Made by a program: the position numbers and the translations under genes | Assembly: GCA_030141605.1 (NCBI GenBank) | Contig: JAQGDQ010001285.1 | Span: 1-49,714 of the forward strand | Length of the DNA stretch: 49,714 nucleotides | Source of the DNA: Tubiluchus corallicola | Taxonomy: Eukaryota; Animalia; Priapulida | Reading direction: 5' to 3' | The notes under the pieces: generated by a model | The model's input: the letters and a program-made list of their open reading frames with translations, nothing else | What the model was told of the DNA's origin: nothing | Databases searched by the model: none | Part shown: one piece after another, positions 25,513-35,228 of the stretch | Layout: every line of letters begins with the position of its first letter | Numbering within the stretch: the stretch's first letter is position 1

Positions 25513-26383
25513 CTACTCAAAAATAATTGTCTTATTCTTAAACGTAAGAATCTTCCTTGTAATATGTTTCTGCACAGCACCCGAAAGCACTATCTTCTCT
25601 AAATCCTTCCCTTTTTCAACCAACCTACTCACATCATTCCTATGTGATATATGAGCTATATCTTGCCCTATGATAGGCCCCGCGTCCAGCTCATTTGTTA
25701 CATAATGACTTGTTGCTCCTATCAATTTCACCCCTCGCTCGTGTGCAGCGTGATAAGGCTTTGCCCCTATAAACGCAGGCAGAAACGAATGGTGTATATT
25801 GATTATTTTGTTCGGATACCTAATTATATATTTTACTGGTAAGTATCTGCATATACCTTGCCAACACTATAAAGTTTATTCTATAATCTTCTAACAATTT
25901 TAAGATTTTTTCCTCTTGCTCTTCCTTGTTTTCTTTTGTTATTGGGAAATAGTGGTAATCTATATTGAATCTATTAGCGACCTCCTCTAAATCAGGATGG
26001 TTGCTCACAACGAGTGGAATTTCCACATTCCACTCGTTGTTTTTATAACGTGCCAACATATCATACAAGCAGTGAGACATTTTAGATACAAAAACTGCCA
26101 TACGTGGAGCATTTTCAGAGAAATAAATATTACAGACCGTCTTATATTTAGTAGAAAACTCCGTATTAAAAACCTCCTCAATTTCTTCTCTGGGTATGCT
26201 AAACTCTTCCAACTCCCACTCTATCCGCATAAAAAAAGCCTTTTCTAATATATCTACGTGCTGGTCGAGATAAATGATATTACCCCCATTTTGATTAATA
26301 AAATCAGTAATCGAAGCAAGAATGCCTTTCTGGTCGGGACAAGACAATAATAAAATAGCCGTGCTCTTTTTTTGTTTTCCCAT
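25513..26383 (-). pseudogene. purU: Formyltetrahydrofolate deformylase with a single +1 frameshift at about 25822-25835 (pseudogene or consensus error)
   Basis: N-terminal ACT domain SCPDQKGI, then VSKMSHCL and LARYMQIL; RYPNKIINIHHSFLPAFIGAKPY...GATSHYVTNELDAGPII continues in another frame. Confidence 0.9.
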
Positions 26384-26386
26384 CTC

Positions 26387-27685
26387 TTAATTAATCTTTA
26401 TTATGTAATAGGTTTTTTTGCCTTTTTGTATCAACAAGTACTTGTTGTTAAGCAAGTCCTTCTCCTGCAACAATAGCCCCTCGTTTATTATCTTTTCTTT
26501 ATTGATGCTCACCCCGCCTCCCTTTATCAACCTTCGCAGCTCCCCTTTGGAGGCAAATACATTGGCTTTTTCAGCCAACAAATCTATTACATCTACTGAT
26601 TTATCAAACACTTTCCTACCTACACTATACACCTCCACACCCTCAAACACATCTAAAAACGTAGTCTCATCTATCGTCTTGAGTATATCTGACGTATTTT
26701 TTCCAAACAATATCTCCGAAGCTTGTTGAGCCGTTGTAAGCTGGTCTTTACCGTGTATCATCACAGTTACTTCCTCTGCCAGCCGCTTCTGCAATACGCG
26801 CAAATGAGGCTCTTGCCTATGCGTTGCTATCAACTGTTCAACTTCCTCCTGTCCAAGTATCGTAAATATCTTGATATACTTTTCCGCATCTTCATCTGAC
26901 GTATTGAGCCAAAATTGATAAAACTTATAAGGAGAAGTATACTCTGACGACAACCAGATATTGCCAGTCTCCGTCTTGCCAAATTTTCCCCCATCTGCCT
27001 TCGTTATCAACGGACAGGTAATAGCATATGCCTCGCCCTGTTCTTTGCGGCGTATAAGTTCCGTTCCCGTAACTATATTGCCCCACTGGTCAGAACCACC
27101 CATCTGTAACCTACACCCCTTAGTTTTATACAAGTGCCAAAAATCCGTTCCTTGCACCAGTTGATAAGAAAACTCTGTGAAGGACAAACCAGCTCCCTCC
27201 TCTCCTACTATACGTTTTTTCACAGAATCTTTAGCCATCATATAATTAACAGTAATATGCTTGCCTACCTCTCTTATAAAATCAATGAAACTATACTGCT
27301 GCATCCAATCATAATTATTTACCAGCTCCGCAGAATTAGAAGAGGAAGCATCAAAATCTAAAAACTTTGACAGCTGCTTTTTAATACATTCCTGATTGTG
27401 TCGCAATGTTTTTTCATCCAACAGATTTCTCTCTTGCGATTTCCCCGAGGGGTCGCCTATCATACCCGTAGCCCCACCAATAAGAACAATGGGCTTATGC
27501 CCTGCCAGTTGCAAATGTTTCAACATCATAATAGATACCAAATGCCCAATGTGCAAAGAGTCTGCCGTAGGGTCTATACCCACATAAGCAGTAGTCATTT
27601 CCTTTTCAAGTTGTTTCTCCGTGTCGGGCATTATATTATGTATCATTCCCCGCCACTGCAATTCTTCAATAAAATTAGCCTTCAT
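26387..27685 (-). CDS. tyrS: Tyrosine--tRNA ligase
   Basis: [27 protein letters not shown] and a C-terminal S4 domain. Confidence 0.98.
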   Translation of the reverse strand: MKANFIEELQWRGMIHNIMPDTEKQLEKEMTTAYVGIDPTADSLHIGHLVSIMMLKHLQLAGHKPIVLIGGATGMIGDPSGKSQERNLLDEKTLRHNQECIKKQLSKFLDFDASSSNSAELVNNYDWMQQYSFIDFIREVGKHITVNYMMAKDSVKKRIVGEEGAGLSFTEFSYQLVQGTDFWHLYKTKGCRLQMGGSDQWGNIVTGTELIRRKEQGEAYAITCPLITKADGGKFGKTETGNIWLSSEYTSPYKFYQFWLNTSDEDAEKYIKIFTILGQEEVEQLIATHRQEPHLRVLQKRLAEEVTVMIHGKDQLTTAQQASEILFGKNTSDILKTIDETTFLDVFEGVEVYSVGRKVFDKSVDVIDLLAEKANVFASKGELRRLIKGGGVSINKEKIINEGLLLQEKDLLNNKYLLIQKGKKTYYIIKIN

Positions 27686-27756
27686 TATTATTCTATCTCT
27701 ATTTTTGTTTGTGTGTCACTTTCAAAAATATAGCCATTTTTCTCTATTGTAAACAT

Positions 27757-28290
27757 TTATATTTCTATAGGTAATGCTATTTCTGGATAATAATCTTCTT
27801 TTAAACTATCGTAATCAAAATGAGTAAAGTCAAATACTGATGGGGCAAAACTTAACAATGGTTCATACAAAAGAGATTGTTGTTTGCTTTCTTCTTTGAT
27901 GACATTGAAAAAGGGAATTCGTTCTAATAACAATAGAATAATACTGATTATAAAAGCAATTTTAATAACACCAAATAGCAGACCTATCAACCTATTGACA
28001 ATACCCAATGCAACAGCCTTCACTACCTTGTCCAATACCTTTGCCAACAAATGTACTGCAATAACAATAGCTACAAAAGTTACTACAAAGGATATGATAG
28101 AAATATATTTGGAGTCGAAATTAAAATTAGCCTGCAATAACCCAGCTGTAATTTCTGAAAAACGTATAGAACCATAAATGCCAAATAAAAGAGCAATAAG
28201 CGAAGCTACTTCTATGATAAAGCCTTTAGTAAAGCCTTTGTAAGCAAACCAAACAATAGGGATGATAAGTATAATATCTAAATAGTTCAT
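27757..28290 (-). CDS. cvpA: CvpA (colicin V production) family membrane protein
   Basis: MNYLDIIL..GFTKGFIIE..NRLIGLLFG pattern with about 4 TM helices. Confidence 0.9.
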   Translation of the reverse strand: MNYLDIILIIPIVWFAYKGFTKGFIIEVASLIALLFGIYGSIRFSEITAGLLQANFNFDSKYISIISFVVTFVAIVIAVHLLAKVLDKVVKAVALGIVNRLIGLLFGVIKIAFIISIILLLLERIPFFNVIKEESKQQSLLYEPLLSFAPSVFDFTHFDYDSLKEDYYPEIALPIEI

Positions 28291-28321
28291 TATATTAGTA
28301 TATTACTAAATTACCTGACTA

Positions 28322-28329
28322 CAAATGTA
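28322..28329 (-). promoter_or_regulatory. Bacteroidota -7 promoter box (TACATTTG) for cvpA-tyrS-purU
   Basis: Matches TAnnTTTG about 30 nt upstream of cvpA. Confidence 0.65.
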
Positions 28330-28426
28330 TAAATTATTCTTGAAACCTTGAAACACTGTTTTACACAGATAAAACTCTTCTTAAAATAAAAGCAAAATTT
28401 TTATTGTGATTCTTAAAAAGAGTTTG

Positions 28427-28434
28427 TACCTTTG
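28427..28434 (+). promoter_or_regulatory. Bacteroidota -7 promoter box (TACCTTTG) for the tRNA pair
   Basis: TAnnTTTG upstream of tRNA-fMet, with a TTG about 20 nt further upstream. Confidence 0.7.
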
Positions 28435-28476
28435 TAGCAAATTTTAAGCACCGAAAACGTTTTTTATTAGATATAT

Positions 28477-28491
28477 CGCGGGGTGGAGCAG

Positions 28492-28531
<40 letters not shown>

Positions 28532-28548
28532 GAATCCTGCCCCCGCTA
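28477..28548 (+). tRNA. tRNA-fMet (CAT), initiator; CCA not encoded
   Basis: cgcggggtggagcag...ttggg-ctcataa-cccaa...ggttcgaatcc; C1:U72 mismatch and three G-C pairs in the anticodon stem. Confidence 0.95.
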
Positions 28549-28564
28549 CTACTTTCAATAACAC

Positions 28565-28641
28565 GGCGAGGTAGCTCAGCTGGTTAGAGCGCAGGATTCA
28601 TAATCCTGAGGTCGGGAGTTCAAGTCTCCCTCTCGCTACCA
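28565..28641 (+). tRNA. tRNA-Met (CAT), probably elongator; CCA encoded
   Basis: ggcgaggtagctcag...cagga-ttcataa-tcctg...gttcaagt...ctcgctacca. Confidence 0.92.
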
Positions 28642-28663
28642 GTTCTAATTTTTCCTCACCATT

Positions 28664-28918
28664 TCAATAACAATTCTTACAAGCTCTACGTCCCATATTT
28701 ATTGCCTCTGTCTTAGTGAGTTTTAGCACTTTACTTTTGCAATTATTCAACCCCCTGCAATAATAACGATGATAAGCATACGAATTTCTACTATTGCATA
28801 TAAGCACCTTTTTTTCCTTTTCTTTCTCGCTTTGCTTGTCAATATTTGTCTCTGCTTGTTGAGGTATTACAGCAATACAGCAAAACAATAAGAATAGGGT
28901 AAATAATAACTTTTTCAT
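28664..28918 (-). CDS. Small secreted protein with a Cys/His-rich putative metal-binding C-terminus
   Basis: Signal-like N-terminus; C..YH...C.GL..C...A...GR..C..C pattern. Confidence 0.75.
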   Translation of the reverse strand: MKKLLFTLFLLFCCIAVIPQQAETNIDKQSEKEKEKKVLICNSRNSYAYHRYYCRGLNNCKSKVLKLTKTEAINMGRRACKNCY

Positions 28919-28953
28919 TTTTATAGATTACAAGTTTTGTTTTTTTTATACTC

Positions 28954-29676
28954 TTAACTTTCATACACTTCTTTCAAAACTTCATAAGTTTTTAGTTCTT
29001 GATTAATTTCTTGGTGTGTATAATAGTAGTCAACAATTGTTTGCAACAAACTTTGACGCAATGTTTTGTGGATACTTACTTTAGCTACTTGCGAAATAGG
29101 AGTGCATAACAACTGACTAAAAATTTGGCTTAGCTCTTTCGATATGCAAGTAGCCTCTTCCACAGTTTGATACTGTCCTGCCTGCAAATCAAAATAAAGG
29201 CAACTTTCAGAATAATTATTTTGAGGGAAAAAACCAAGATACTTGGTTAAATGTATTAAAAACAACAGATGAAAATTTTCATAACTCTCAACAAGTTGGT
29301 CGTACAGGTAAAGTGCAGTATATAAATACTCGAACAATACAGGATTGGCTTCTTCTTCCTTCAAGGTTTTATATAATATCTCAGCAAGAAATATAAGCGT
29401 AGTTTGCTTGTGTATATTAATAGGTATAGTTTGATAAGGCTTTTGTATTTTTAACTCCCTCACCTTTTGAAAGTTTCTTTTAGGGATGTGAGTAGCCTCT
29501 ATCTCCAACACATTGAGTGGCTGTATTAAATTACGTTTAGTATTACTTTTCTTTCTGTGTCCTCCTTTGATGATATAGGTCTGTATCCCATACTTTTCGG
29601 TATAGATATGAGTAATAATATCGTGGTCTAAATATTTTAGCACGTTAATTACTATGGCTCTACTGGAGTATAACAT
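28954..29676 (-). CDS. recO: DNA repair protein RecO
   Basis: N-terminal OB fold (AIVINVLKY..IYTEKYG..QPLNVLE), plus LTKYLGFFP and FDLQAGQY; 240 aa. Confidence 0.92.
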   Translation of the reverse strand: MLYSSRAIVINVLKYLDHDIITHIYTEKYGIQTYIIKGGHRKKSNTKRNLIQPLNVLEIEATHIPKRNFQKVRELKIQKPYQTIPINIHKQTTLIFLAEILYKTLKEEEANPVLFEYLYTALYLYDQLVESYENFHLLFLIHLTKYLGFFPQNNYSESCLYFDLQAGQYQTVEEATCISKELSQIFSQLLCTPISQVAKVSIHKTLRQSLLQTIVDYYYTHQEINQELKTYEVLKEVYES

Positions 29677-29871
29677 TGTTTACTTATTGTAGTAATGTAA
29701 TAGATTTAATAGATTTTTTTTCTTTATGTGCTTTATATCTTTTTCTTAATGTTTACAGTAAGTTAAATAATCGCAAGAAGGCTAAGAAAAATACCTTATC
29801 CTCACTCCTCATTTTCTCTCATAAAAGACTTTACCGTTCTCATCTATATGTTTTTTCAAAGCGATATTGTT

Positions 29872-32214
29872 TTATTTTTCAACAATACTGGGAGTTAAAG
29901 TAATTTTATCGCTAATCAAGCCACTTGTTGTTGCAGTTATATTTACTGTATTTTTGAAGTTTTCTGTTCTAAGAAGTATTGTAGCTATACCTGCCTCTGC
30001 TTCAATAGGATTTTTGCCAATAAATTTAGCTTCTCCTTCAACAGTAAACAAAATGGGATTTGTAGCACTTGTAACTAAGTTTCCTTTTTCATCGTTTATA
30101 TAAGCATAGATAAAAATCATATCAGGGAAATTAGGGCTAATAGGTTTATTAGATAAGTCATACTTAAGTTCTAATTTACTTGCAGTACTTGGCGTAATAA
30201 CCTTGTTTTCTGCCACATTTTTATCATTTATATATCCTATTGCTTTTAGCTCTCCTGCAATAAACTTATCTACATTAAATACAAAAGGAGGGTATTGTAA
30301 GTGAGATGAATTCTTTGTTCTAAGGCTTTTCTTTTTTGAAATAAGCGAATCGTTTAGATAAAGTGCTACCTCTTCGCAATTGCTATAAACCTTAATATTC
30401 TTAGAAGAATTTTCATTCCAATGACTTGCTATATTGACCATAGCACCAGATACAAGCCCATCTGTTAAATTTTCATTTGGAGGTCGCTGACTTTGATAAA
30501 AATAGTAACTAAACTTAGGTATTCTAAATATATCACTCACCCCAGAAGCTTCTATATCATTGCTATATCCTCTATTATAATCAAACATTAACCAATTGGC
30601 ATCTCCAATTGTACCCATTCCTTTTCTATTAGAATTAGCAGCCTCTTGGAAATTAAAGGCCTGTTGTAACAATCTTTTTTCTCCATCTTTTCTTAGCTGT
30701 CTACTTGTTCTTTCTTCTTCTTTGAGATCGGAAAATTCTTTTTGATTAAAACCTGCATTGTGGGCATAGTATTCCCAGTCGCCATATTCGGCAATAAATA
30801 TTTTTCTTTCACCATCTTTGTAATTGTTCCAATAGTCGGTTGGCTTTGCATGCTGTCTTGCGGGTATAAATATATCAAAAGCACTATGATCTATCCATCC
30901 TACACTGAAAATATCTTCAAAAGGGAGTTCTTTTTTTAAAATATTGTTAGCCTCAACCATAAAAGCATCAGACATTGAGGACTCATTTAAAGATACTTCC
31001 CAAAACATCACACTAGGGTGGTTGCGGTCTCTTCTAATCATATCGCGACAATCCTGAAAAGCATTTTCTATAAATTTATCATTCCCTACAAACTGCCATC
31101 CGGGTATGCAGTTCATTACTATTAAACCCAATTCGTCGCAGGCGTCTAAAAATGCTTCGGCTTGTGGATAATGCGATAGTCTTACAAAATCGAAGCCAGC
31201 ATTTTTAATTTTTACTGCATCCCTATATTGAGCCTCGTCAGAAATAGCATAACCCACATAAGGATACTCCTGATGCCTATTAGTCCCTCTTATAAATATC
31301 TTTTTTTCATTAAGGTAAAAGCCATCTTCATTGAGTTCAATTTTACGTATCCCAATCCTATCTGTATAACTATCAATAAGTTTGTTTTCCGCAAATAGTT
31401 TAACCTCTACATCATATAAATTAGGTTTTTGAGGAGACCAGAGTTTTGGATTCTTTATATTGATTGTTTGATTAATCTCATATTCAGAACTTGCTTCTAT
31501 TTTTATCTCTCCTGATTTTACTTCATGTTTATTACCTTCTGGATCTATAAGTGTAGCCAGAAAGTAAACGGATTTTTCACTTGCATAATCATTTTTAATA
31601 TGTAATTGTATAAATCCAGAGGCAGAATTATTGTCTATTTCATTAAATCTAATAAGAGCTCCGCCACTTCCAGTTTTATTGGCGTGAACTGCATCTGTAA
31701 TATAAAGAAGGTTGGTAGTAATTAAATACACATTTCTATAAATACCACCATAGTAGTTAAAGTCTAAATCTTTCAGCGGTTTTCCCGGTGGTATTTCTGG
31801 ATTATCCTCATTATTTACTTTAACTTTGATAATATTTGGTTTATTTGGTTTAACAAAATTAGTAATATCAACTGTAAAAGGCAGGTAGCCTCCTTTGTGA
31901 TTAGATATATGCTGATCATTTATCCATACATCAGCCTCTTGCATTACCCCTTCGAAATAGATAAATGTTTTCTTATTTGATACATCATCCAGTTCAAAAG
32001 ATTTTTGATACCATGCAGTACCTTGCCATTGATCATTTACTACTAATGGTTCAATTTTTGTAGTATGTGGTAAGTTTATTGTTACAGCAACATCATTGTC
32101 TTTTTTAAACGTCCAATCTGTCCCAAAATTTTTCTTTGTTCTGATTGTTTTGATATCAGCATTGCATCCCCAATTAACAATCAGGATTATTAGAGTGAAT
32201 AATAATAGTTTCAT
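29872..32214 (-). CDS. Glycoside hydrolase family 2 (probable beta-galactosidase), lipoprotein
   Basis: YFEGV, YGGIYRNV, GTNRHQEYP, RLSHYP, RDRNHPSVMFWEVSLNES and IAEYG; lipobox NWGC. Confidence 0.93.
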   Translation of the reverse strand: MKLLLFTLIILIVNWGCNADIKTIRTKKNFGTDWTFKKDNDVAVTINLPHTTKIEPLVVNDQWQGTAWYQKSFELDDVSNKKTFIYFEGVMQEADVWINDQHISNHKGGYLPFTVDITNFVKPNKPNIIKVKVNNEDNPEIPPGKPLKDLDFNYYGGIYRNVYLITTNLLYITDAVHANKTGSGGALIRFNEIDNNSASGFIQLHIKNDYASEKSVYFLATLIDPEGNKHEVKSGEIKIEASSEYEINQTINIKNPKLWSPQKPNLYDVEVKLFAENKLIDSYTDRIGIRKIELNEDGFYLNEKKIFIRGTNRHQEYPYVGYAISDEAQYRDAVKIKNAGFDFVRLSHYPQAEAFLDACDELGLIVMNCIPGWQFVGNDKFIENAFQDCRDMIRRDRNHPSVMFWEVSLNESSMSDAFMVEANNILKKELPFEDIFSVGWIDHSAFDIFIPARQHAKPTDYWNNYKDGERKIFIAEYGDWEYYAHNAGFNQKEFSDLKEEERTSRQLRKDGEKRLLQQAFNFQEAANSNRKGMGTIGDANWLMFDYNRGYSNDIEASGVSDIFRIPKFSYYFYQSQRPPNENLTDGLVSGAMVNIASHWNENSSKNIKVYSNCEEVALYLNDSLISKKKSLRTKNSSHLQYPPFVFNVDKFIAGELKAIGYINDKNVAENKVITPSTASKLELKYDLSNKPISPNFPDMIFIYAYINDEKGNLVTSATNPILFTVEGEAKFIGKNPIEAEAGIATILLRTENFKNTVNITATTSGLISDKITLTPSIVEK

Positions 32215-32249
32215 ATGATTTCTTTATTTTCGTTAAGATAACGATATAT

Positions 32250-33380
32250 TTAATAGTTTTCTTTGTTATAATAACCAAAGGCAGGTAGAGCTTCATTTCC
32301 ATTTTTTGCATCAAAGAAGGTTGCATTATCCCAATGCGAACCTGTTCCCCATTGAGTTTGACTATTTGAAGTGATCCACGCAGGTTCCCAATAAATTACT
32401 CCTATTGCTCCTCCTTGTATAGATAGTCTTGTCAAATCAATCATATATTGTAACTGTTTTTCAGGAGTAGCAGGATAGCCATTTATGAGAGCATCTTCCC
32501 AAAGAACATTTGCGGCATCGTCTATATCTTCAAGTGTATGAGGGTAACCTGTTTCTACAATCATTACATCTTTATTGAAACTATTTTTTAAAGATTTTAT
32601 AGCATAAGAAATTTGATTTAAAGGATACTCTGACCACTTAGGATAGTAAGATATACCTATTAAATCAAATTTATTAATACCATTCCTTGTAGCTTGTCCA
32701 AACCACCATAAAGCATCTTCTGGTTGTGCTATATGTAGCATTGTCTCTATGTTTTTGTTTATAGCCTCAGACGCATCTTTTACTGCCTGCAGCCCCCTGT
32801 TGATTAAATAGCTGTTTCTTGACCAGTTGATTTTATCTACTACCATATTGTCCTCTTGTTGTAATATTTCTATGTTGATTTCATTGCCTATTTGAACATA
32901 TTTCGGAGCAAGATCTTCTTCAGATAGTTTTATTAGTGTTTTAAAAGTGTATTGATAAACAGAATCTCCAAGAATATTTAAGCCAACTATGTCCTTCCAC
33001 GCTTCGGGAATTATTTGCTTTTCTACATCTGCCCAAGTATCAGAATAGTGAAAATCAAGTAGTATTTCCATATTATTATCTTTGGCTCTTTGGATAGTTT
33101 TTTTTACATCTTCATAATTGGAGTAATTTGTCCATTGAGGCGAATGCCATAATCTCACTCTAACAATGTCGGCTCCTCTTTCGCTGAACAATTCAAAAGG
33201 GTTTACTTCTTCTCCATTAACCCTATAAATACCTCCATTATCTTGTACTTCATTTACGTAAGATAAGTCGGCTCCAAGATAATATTCAGACTCTGGTTCT
33301 ACTTTATTTTCTTCCTTGTCTTTTGTGCAACCAAACAAGACAACAGCTATAACAATGTAAAAGAAATTCTTGTTTTTCAT
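32250..33380 (-). CDS. GH53 endo-1,4-beta-galactanase, lipoprotein
   Basis: GADLS, VRVRLW, LDFHYSDTWAD, VQIGNE (acid/base), IVETGYP (nucleophile) and YWEPAW; lipobox LFGC. Confidence 0.95.
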   Translation of the reverse strand: MKNKNFFYIVIAVVLFGCTKDKEENKVEPESEYYLGADLSYVNEVQDNGGIYRVNGEEVNPFELFSERGADIVRVRLWHSPQWTNYSNYEDVKKTIQRAKDNNMEILLDFHYSDTWADVEKQIIPEAWKDIVGLNILGDSVYQYTFKTLIKLSEEDLAPKYVQIGNEINIEILQQEDNMVVDKINWSRNSYLINRGLQAVKDASEAINKNIETMLHIAQPEDALWWFGQATRNGINKFDLIGISYYPKWSEYPLNQISYAIKSLKNSFNKDVMIVETGYPHTLEDIDDAANVLWEDALINGYPATPEKQLQYMIDLTRLSIQGGAIGVIYWEPAWITSNSQTQWGTGSHWDNATFFDAKNGNEALPAFGYYNKENY

Positions 33381-33463
33381 ATGTTCTTATTTTTAATAAT
33401 TACTTAGGGTTGAAACAATTGAAAGCAGGTAAGGCTTTATTTTTATTTGGCAACTACTATATA

Positions 33464-33471
33464 CAAATATA
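33464..33471 (-). promoter_or_regulatory. Bacteroidota -7 box (TATATTTG) for GH53-GH2
   Basis: TAnnTTTG about 85 nt upstream of the GH53 start. Confidence 0.55.
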
Positions 33472-33735
33472 CAAAAAATTGTTTTCTTAAAAGAAAATAA
33501 TTTTTTAAATTCCCCTTATTTCAAAGGCAAATTCTTTTTCAATATTTTGTATAAATTAATATATAGTTGCCCAATAAAATATAGTGAAATGTGTCTTTTT
33601 CTTTATATATTGTAAAAAGACCACAGAAATATGTAAGTAAAAAGAAATATAGGCAAATCTTGCCCCTATGTTTGCCCCCGCAAAAAACAACTCCTTGCAA
33701 AACATTTATTTACAAGGGATTATTCATTTCATCGG

Positions 33736-33806
33736 AGGTCTCGAGCGGATTCGAACCGCTGTAAATGGTTTTGCAGACCACTGCCTAGCCACTCGGCCAC
33801 GAGACC
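33736..33806 (-). tRNA. tRNA-Cys (GCA); CCA not encoded
   Basis: ggtctcgtggccgagtggctaggca-gtggt-ctgcaaa-accat-ttacagcggttcgaatccgctcgagacct; TAACTTTG promoter box at 33824-33817. Confidence 0.95.
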
Positions 33807-33912
33807 TAATTCTCTGCAAAGTTAGGTTTTTATATATATTTTACAATAGTTTATAGCAATATTTATAAATATTTCTTTATATTTGTTTTCAACAAAAAAA
33901 TATCTAAATACT

Positions 33913-34197
33913 ATGAACAACAAGCAAATTGTAAAAGAGCTTTCTTCAAAATTAAATCAACCCCAAATAGAAGTAGCAAAATTAGTAACATCCTGCACAC
34001 AAGTCATATTAAATATTATAGATGAAGATAAAGGTATTACAATACCCAACTTAGGAACATTCAAAACCTATATGAAAAACAAAAGAAAATCTTTCGACCC
34101 GTTCAACAAGATTATGATAATGCTTCCCCCTAAGCGTTTAATAAAATTTAGTCCTAGTTCTATTCTCAAAGACGAGTTAAAAAACAAAAAAATCTAA
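33913..34197 (+). CDS. HU/IHF-family DNA-binding protein
   Basis: MNNKQIVKELS..ITIPNLGTFK..DPFNK...PPKRLIKFSPS; TATATTTG box at 33878-33885. Confidence 0.88.
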   Translation: MNNKQIVKELSSKLNQPQIEVAKLVTSCTQVILNIIDEDKGITIPNLGTFKTYMKNKRKSFDPFNKIMIMLPPKRLIKFSPSSILKDELKNKKI

Positions 34198-34200
34198 CCA

Positions 34201-35211
34201 ATGAGCAAAAAGATAACGTTTACAGATCTGATAGAGAAGATAGCTCAAGAAACAGGAACATCCAAAAAGTTAATACACAATCTTTTAACAGAAATAGCAA
34301 ATATAACCAAGGAAGGACTAAGTCGTGATGGACAAACAACCATTAAAAACTTAGGAACATTTCAATTAAAATGGCACAAAAGCAGAAAAGGAAGAAATCC
34401 TCAAACAGGGGAAGAAATAGAACTGCCTGCCTCCAACAGCATAGTCTTCAAACCTGAGCTAAAAATAAGAGAACACATCAACCGAAAATATGCATCGTTA
34501 AAATCCAAACCCATAGAAGACAATAAAAAACAAAAAGCCCTTATCTTAGAAAAACAACCTAAGGCCATCACATCAGGCAAAACAGAAACACCTCGCCCCG
34601 TAAAAGAAAAGAAAAAAACAACTTCACTATGGATATGGGGAGCTGCTATCTTGCTTATAGCTTTAATCGCTTACTATCTATTCGCTCCATCCTCTACTGA
34701 AGAGCCTAAAGAATTTACAGAGGCAAAACCAACAGCAATAGAAGAACACATCAAATCAAACACCACCGAAAAGCCTGTTGTAAAACAAAAAATAGTTCCT
34801 AAACCAAACCAAATCCACAAAATACAAGAAGGAGACAAACTATGGAGCATCTCTAGACTCTATTATACCAACAATGGTTATCTATGGCCCAACATTTATC
34901 GTGCTAATCTAAACATAATAAAAAACCCAGATATTCTGCCCAAAGGGCATAACATACAAATACCAGTATTGGAAGGAACTCCTGAAAATCCTACACAAAA
35001 AGACATTGAAAATATAGCAGAAGGCTTTATTCATGCATACCTTACTTATAAGAATTTGGGTCACGAAGGAGCCGAATACTATCTATGGGCACTAAAAGAA
35101 ATAGATGTAGAGCACATTATAGAAAAATACAAGGACCAAATAGACCCATACGATTTAGAGATAATGAAGAAAATAAAATTTATACCCAAAAACAGACTAA
35201 GAAAAGAATAA
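34201..35211 (+). CDS. HU domain - linker - TM helix - LysM fusion protein
   Basis: N-terminal HU (LGTFQ..RKGRNPQTGEEIELPA..VFKP), TM segment LWIWGAAILLIALIAYYLF, LysM HKIQEGDKLWSISRLYY...IYRAN...NPDILPKGHNIQIP. Confidence 0.9.
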   Translation: MSKKITFTDLIEKIAQETGTSKKLIHNLLTEIANITKEGLSRDGQTTIKNLGTFQLKWHKSRKGRNPQTGEEIELPASNSIVFKPELKIREHINRKYASLKSKPIEDNKKQKALILEKQPKAITSGKTETPRPVKEKKKTTSLWIWGAAILLIALIAYYLFAPSSTEEPKEFTEAKPTAIEEHIKSNTTEKPVVKQKIVPKPNQIHKIQEGDKLWSISRLYYTNNGYLWPNIYRANLNIIKNPDILPKGHNIQIPVLEGTPENPTQKDIENIAEGFIHAYLTYKNLGHEGAEYYLWALKEIDVEHIIEKYKDQIDPYDLEIMKKIKFIPKNRLRKE

Positions 35212-35228
35212 AGACACAGTGTCAAATA

